Source: Phyllobates terribilis
Lineage: Eukaryota
Assembly: GCF_046119375.1 (NCBI RefSeq)
Contig: NW_027362765.1
Coordinates: 471,262,001 to 471,326,000, forward strand
DNA length: 64,000 nt
Reading direction: 5' to 3'
Shown here: piece by piece, positions 58,207 through 64,000 of the stretch
How the letters are laid out: each line of letters begins with the position of its first letter
Position numbering within the stretch: the first letter of the stretch is position 1
Notes under the pieces: model-generated
Database searches by the model: none
What the model saw: the letters and a program-made list of their open reading frames with translations, nothing else
What the model was told of the DNA's origin: nothing
Program-made: the position numbers and the translations under genes

Positions 58207-61200
58207 CTGTAATGAAAAAAAAATAAAAAAAAAATTAGAAATCTGTCCAGTGATAAAAGAGATGGAAATTGAGTCATTGCAAGATCAGATAGAATAGGTG
58301 GCCGGACACAACGGAAGCTGGTGGTCATATCTCTAGAATGTGAAAGAGACAGAGAGAAGGAGTAGAGATCTGCTTACCGGTGGACGATATTGTGTCCATG
58401 GAGGCCACATACTATCTCTGCTGTGTAGAATCTGATGGAGAGAACAGAGTGTAGTATCAATGTCATCAAATCCTTCTCTAGCAATCCCCAAATACCATGG
58501 AACCCCACCTCCTACATCCAGCACACTAAATACTCTATATGCCTTGCCATTCCTTCCTTAGCTACACCCTGACCTCAGATTTTTTTTCCATCTCCTTAGT
58601 TCTCTTTTACATACATTCTCCCCTTTCTCACCTCACATTGCCGATGTTCAGGCAGCCGCACATCCTGATCAAATTCTCTAGGCTGCCACCGGACAGATAC
58701 TCCGTGATGAAATATGCCCTCTGCAGAGACTGGTGTGCGGCATAGAGGTGGCATAAGAATGGGCAGTCTCTGGCAACCAGGAGTATCTGCCGCTCTCTCA
58801 TGATGGTATCCTCGTTGTCCTCCTTTTTGGTTATCATTTTGACAGCCATTTGGATGTTTCGGCCGGGGACTGATGCCAGGACCACCTAAGAGAGACAAAT
58901 GGAGAATACTTAGAAGGTGTCTGCAGGGAGTGGAAGTAATCTGGTTTTTATAGCACACATGAGTAAACTGAATGGTCGCTCAGTCTGCTGGTAACCAGGA
59001 CTATGTAGAGGAGCAAATCTATCTATCAGCATAATGCACTGCCTGCTCCATGGATGGGCTATGGAAAGGTCTTAAAGGGAACCTGTCATGTCCTGTGTAG
59101 CATCTAAACTGCCCCTTTTGCATTAGTGATGGAATGTGTATCACTAACACGCTTTTTTCATTAAAATTGGCGCTAATCTAATATGTAAAATCCACTTTAT
59201 ATGTTTGTATCATACATGCTCTTTTAGTCATAGAGGTGTGATTCCTTGCATTCAGTCAGAGTTTGTGCCGCGCACGTATTTGAATTCTGCTCCTGGCTTG
59301 CGCTGACGTAAGTATGGGGCGCTTGCGCAGTATGTCATGCCAGCAAAGCTTGTAGAGCTGGGAGCCGCGCATGTGCTGTGACGAGCGTCTCCAGCCGCAC
59401 ACAGTGAAGCTGGGAACTACACAGCAGTGTCACTGTGCAAGCGCAGGGAGCCGCTCATCACAGCGCATACGCGGCTCCCAGCGCTACAAGCTTTGCTGGC
59501 ATGACATACTGCGCAAGCGCCCCATACTTACATCAGCGCAAGCCGGGAGCAGAATTCAAATACGTGGGTGGCACAAACCCTGACTAAATGCGAGGAATCA
59601 CACCTCTATGACTTAAAGAGCAGGTATGATATAAATATGTAAAGTGGATTTTACATACAGTTCTGGCAAAAATTAAGAGACCACTGCACAGTTTTCTAAA
59701 AATCACCATCTCTACATGTCTGACACCCATTCCATTCCAGTGTCAGTTGAATTCCAACCAAAGTCCAACTCCTTCTACTTAATTTGCTTCTGATTAGGTG
59801 ATCACCTGAATCAATCTTATGTAACGAGGGAAAGTATAAAAAACACTGCTGTGGTCTTCACAATCCTCTTGCAATAGGACAAGCTGGATGGCAAAACAAG
59901 TGCTAGGAATAGGCCAAAAGTAATTTGAATGAAAAATAACTTTTAACCATGCCAAAGAAGTTGAAAAGAAAAGTCTTGAGTGAGGAAAAGAAGGGCTCAA
60001 TTCTGGCTTTACTAGCAGAGGGATACAGTGAGCATCATGTTGCCTCCATTCTTAAAATTTTGAAGACTGCAGTCCATTACAACAAGGTCAAGCAGCAGAC
60101 ATTGGGGACAACAAAGCTACAGACCGCTACAGGGCGAAAGCGACTCTCCACTGACCGGCATGACCCCGCAGGATGCCATCAAGTGACCTACAAAAGGAAT
60201 GGCGAATGGTAGCTGGGGTGAAGTGCACGGCAAGAACAGTTCGTAAGAGGCTCCTAGAGGCAGGCCTCAAGTCTTGTAAAGCTAGAAAAAAAACTTTCAT
60301 CAATGAGAAGCAAAGGAGAGCCAGGCTGAAGTTTGCCAAAGACCATAAGGATTGGACCATAGAAGACTGGAGTAAGGTAATCTTCTCTGATGAGTCTAAT
60401 TTTCAGCTTTGCCCAACACCTGGTCGTCTAATGGTTAGATGGAGACCTAGAGAGGCATACAAGCCACAGTGTCTTGTACCCACTGTGAAATTTGTTGGAG
60501 GATCGGTGATGATCTGGGGATGCTTCAGCAAGGCTGGAATTGGGCAGGTTAATCTTATGCGAAGGACATATGAATCAAGCCGCATACAAGGTTATCCTTG
60601 AAAAACACTTGCTTCCTTCTGTTCAGGCAATGTTCCCCAACTCTGAGGACTGTTTTTTTTCCAGCAGGACAATACCCCATGCCACACAGCTAGGTCAATC
60701 AATGTGTGGATGAAGGCGCACCACATCAAGACCCTGTCATGGCTAGCCCAATCTCCAGACCTGAACCTCATTGAAAACCTCTGTAATGTAATCAATAGGA
60801 AGATGGATAGTCACAAGCCATCAAACAAAGAAGAACTGCTTAAATCTTTGTGCCAGGAGTGGCATAAGGTCACCCAAAAGCAGTGTGAAAGACTGGTGGA
60901 AAGCATGCCAAGACGCATGAAAGCTGTGATTAAAAATCATGGTTATTCCACCAAATATTGATTTCTGAACTCTCCCTGAGATAAAACATGAGTGTTGTTG
61001 TTTCTAAATGAATAAGAACTTGTTTTCTTTGCATTATTTGAGGTCTGAAAGCACTGTTTCTTTTTTATTTTGACGATTTCTCATTTGCTGCAAATAAATA
61101 CAAAATTTTTAGCTTTGAATTTCAGAGACATGCTGTCAGTAGTTTATAGAATAAAACAACAATGTACATTTTACTCAAAAATATATCTATAAAGAGAAAA

Positions 61201-62257
61201 ATCAGAGAAAATGAAAATTTTGCAGTGGTCTCTTAATTTTTGCCAGAGCTGTATTATATTAGCGCCAATTTAAATGAAAAAAGCGTGTTAGTGACGCACA
61301 TTGCATCACTAGCAACGCAATGGGGGCAGTTTACATAGTACACAGGACAAGACAGGTTCCCTTTAATGAATAATTATCATTTTAATTTGTATTTCATAAA
61401 TTAATAGCACACATGAAGATAAGCAACTTTGCAATAAATCTTTTCAGAGAAATCTGTTTTTTCTCCGCCAGGACAAATTTTTAATTTTCAAAATTCTGTT
61501 TACTGATAAAATCCATATTCAGTGAAGACAGATTGTTACATTACTGAGATAGGAGATGACAGTTGGTGCTGAAAATATTCTATGTAAGAGGGATGGGGGA
61601 GGAGGGGGAAAGTGGAGGGAGGAGTTCTGCATTTAGCTCCTCGATCTCCCTCCCTCCCCTTTACATGGAATACTATCAGCACCAACTGTCATGCTTTGAG
61701 TTGGCATTAGTGTGGTCAATATCAATGTCTATCTATATTTAATAAAAACACAGAGACCAATGTCATTGACAATATGGCAGCCTGATTGTAGCCTATATTG
61801 ACAATGACATGAAAAAAAACAATGTCCCATACCCCCTACAGCTGTGACCCCTGAGAAAAAACATCCAGCATAAAAAATACCATGTTACAGCAGCACTAGA
61901 CCTAACTATGGTGATATCTTAAATGTAATCTCACAGAAGAACGCTGCAATGACCAACAACAAAGCATGACATGGCTGACAGCAGAGAAGAATACATGGGG
62001 ATATAGCAAATACTTCAGATTTCAAATAAATAAAAAAGATGTAGGACTTACTTTGCCAAAGGCGCCCCTACCCAAGACTTGGTGGATGTTGAAGCGGCTG
62101 ATGTTAAGCCTGGCATAGGGGCTGGATGATCCACGGTCTCCACTGCATCCAGGTGTTGGCTGCTCCATTAATCGCCTCTTCTTGAATCCGGTCACGCTGG
62201 GCTCTTCTCTCTCTCTCTCTTCCCTTCTTTCTCTTGTCCATGTCCAGTAGACGCCAT
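57651..62257 (-). CDS. PKC-delta-like (AGC family) Ser/Thr kinase gene, catalytic domain only, 4 exons; exon-1 frameshift from the first ATG
   Basis: Exons 62257-62052, 58885-58632, 58431-58378 and 58206-57651, all with GT-AG introns in matching phases; motifs LGRGAFGKV, MAVK, RERQIL, HRDIKPDN, IIDLG, YMAPE, VDWWSLG. Confidence 0.9.
58378..58431 (-). CDS. Kinase exon 3 (alphaE to HR)
   Basis: Acceptor ctccatcag; (R)FYTAEIVCGLHGHNIVH(R); donor GTAAG; 54 nt, phase 2/2. Confidence 0.88.
58632..58885 (-). CDS. Kinase exon 2 (subdomains I-V)
   Basis: Acceptor ctcttag; VVLASVPG..MAVKM..RERQILL..CPFLCHL..TEYLSGGSL; donor GTGAG. Confidence 0.92.
59076..61362. mobile_element. Palindromic T2/Kolobok MITE in kinase intron 1, split by a Tc1
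   Basis: TTAA at 59072-75 and 61363-66; termini AGGGAACCTGTC / GACAGGTTCCCT; near-full-length inverted arms. Confidence 0.9.
59658..61251 (+). mobile_element. Full-length Tc1 (DD34E), frameshifted transposase
   Basis: TA TSDs at 59656-57 and 61252-53; TIR CAG(T/C)TCTGGCAAAAATTAAGAGACCACTGCA; FSDESNF, QQDNTP, SPDLNLIE, GYSTKY. Confidence 0.93.
62052..62257 (-). CDS. Kinase exon 1 (MASTG start, Gly-rich loop)
   Basis: ATGGCG at 62257; (AG)7 at 62207-62220 shifts the frame (TGA at 62194); in-frame ATG at 62168 gives MEQPTPG..QVLGRGAFGK; donor GTAAGT at 62051. Confidence 0.85.
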
Positions 62258-63079
62258 TCTCATAATTATCTTCCCGCCTGCAGACCTCGGTCAGATCGCT
62301 TCAGTCGACAGTTGAAAGTAAACGGCAGTTGGTCGTGTGCAGGTGATTCCAGAGGTGACGGAACCCTCCTGTGCTACCTACCAGGCAGCGACTCATGGCC
62401 TGCTCTGCCCTATACACTGATGTGGGCATCATGGGTGACAGTTTAGAGTCCAGAGGAACGGCAGAGAACTTCATGGCGACTGTTAGTGATTTTTTTTTTA
62501 ATATTTATTTCCATATATATAAGAAATAAAAAAAATCATATAAAAAATAATACTATTAATTTACTAGCTCTTCCCCTTACCAATATAATTCTTCCATATT
62601 CCAGAATTTTTTTCTAATTATAAGATGCCACTTTTTATATGTCGTAGTTAGAGAGATTATTTTTCTATACACTATGTGCACAATTATTAGGCAATTTATA
62701 TTTTTGATGATTACTTTTCTTATTAAACAACTACAGTGCTGTCGGTCAATGCAAAAGGTTAATAAAAGTAAAAGCTGAATATTTAAGAAAGTAAAAGTGC
62801 GGGTTTGTCTTTCTTTGGAGAACAATGTGTGCAGAATTATTGGGCAACTAAATAAAAAATATATATTTTCCATCTCAATTACAGTGTACTTATTTTCATC
62901 TGTTAAAATAGAATAAGAACCAAACAGATCAAAATGTACAAAATATATATCAGATGTCTCAAAAATAATATCAGTGCCAATATATTAATATAGTCACCTT
63001 ACATCCTTGGAGTCTGTCAGTTTTTTAATCTGTTGATGATCAACCTCATGGGCGACACCAACCAGAGTTTTCTAGATAC

Positions 63080-64000
63080 TAGTGATGAGCGAGCATGCTC
63101 GCTACTGCTCGGTGCTTGACCGAACATCTCACTGCTCGAGATGCTCAGCGCTCGCCGAGTATTTCCGGGGTTGCTTGGCGGGAGCTCGGGTCCCCTCCAA
63201 TCAACATACAGTGATTGCCTGCCACTCATTGTAATGCCGCAGCCATGGTGGTTGGGGCATTACAGTGATTAGCTGGCTGCACAGCGTCATCAGGTCTATA
63301 TCAGACCTGGCACCGCTGTGCTCGTCACAGTCACTCTGGAATCAGACAGTGTAGGAAGAGGTGCTGCTGCGTCAGGGAGAGATTTGCTTGTGTATTAGGT
63401 AGTGTAGGGAGAAAAACCGTACAATACACACATCCATCTTAACAAACAGTCCTTTAGAGGACTAACTAATCCATCTGCAGAGATATCAGGCAGGCAGTGT
63501 ATATAGGCAGGCAGGCAGGGTATATAGCAGACTGCAGTGCATATAGAACAAGAGGCTCCATTCCAATTCTGTCTTCTGCTGCTGTTAGATATTTCTATAT
63601 GACGCGCCCCCAGGGCCGTGGGGTACCCGGTGCCGGGCCGGTAGATGCTGGGGGAATGTCACAGTGGCGGTGACCCGGTCCGTGACCTAGGGTGGTCAAT
63701 AAAAGGGGTATGGATATGGGATTTATAGTGTTCTTATAGAGTTTGTGACGCCACCTGTGGAATGTGGCTAAATGGAGCCGCCGCTGCGGAGCAGTCCTCT
63801 GAAGCTGATGTTACTGCAGCAGGGATGGTGTGGCTCTCCACAGGAAGAGCTAGCTCCAGGGCAGTGTAGATTATGTTGCAGGTTGTGCTGGGCGTTGTAG
63901 TGCAAGGGTTGATGGCGCAGCAAGAAACACAGAGACAAGGTAGTGCAGTCCTCAGAGTCTTTACTCACGGTTATTGCAGTCCAAGTTACAGACGTCAAAG
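63080..64000 (+). mobile_element. Left end of another Ac-type hAT (runs off the window)
   Basis: TAGTGATGAGCGA terminus; subterminal sequence resembles the reverse complement of 35000-35460. Confidence 0.75.
63600..64000 (+). mobile_element. LTR nested in the hAT end (runs off the window)
   Basis: TGACGCGCCCCCAGGGCCGTGGGG start, homologous to the LTRs at 45795 and 29426; preceded by TATA. Confidence 0.75.

Noticed and set aside
58207-58328. N-terminal 40 aa of the 225-aa ORF 57651-58328
   Set aside because: This is intron 3 (polypyrimidine tract and AG acceptor at 58207-58208); the real exon starts at 58206.

Overview
Eukaryotic, repeat-dense vertebrate DNA, most likely an anuran (frog) genome. 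The species assignment is an inference from the TE landscape (TTAA-flanked T2/Kolobok MITEs, Harbinger MITEs, frog-type CR1/L1/L2, many Tc1 families) and an amphibian-type PKC-delta-like kinase. The only recognisable host gene is a 4-exon, minus-strand, catalytic-domain-only PKC-delta-like Ser/Thr kinase (62257->57651). It has a 2-nt (AG)n frameshift in exon 1 and an apparent in-frame 3-codon loss in exon 3. The rest is mostly transposons, often nested. These include a complete Buster/SPIN-type hAT with an intact 606-aa transposase (3472-6744) and a 13.8-kb compound Ac-type hAT (21678-35460) made of a partial copy fused to a full copy under one TSD. There are seven Tc1/mariner elements or fragments with DD34E, DD37E and DD38E spacings, one of them a fold-back, plus several solo LTRs, CR1/RTE/L1/L2 fragments, MITEs and tandem arrays. 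The most unusual signals are a minimal type I hammerhead ribozyme inside a 73-bp inverted repeat with a second inverted copy (19715-20415), a 70-bp self-complementary satellite hit repeatedly by TEs, and a tandem trimer of a structured CR1-3'UTR-like module. All calls were made by eye; no database searches were run.
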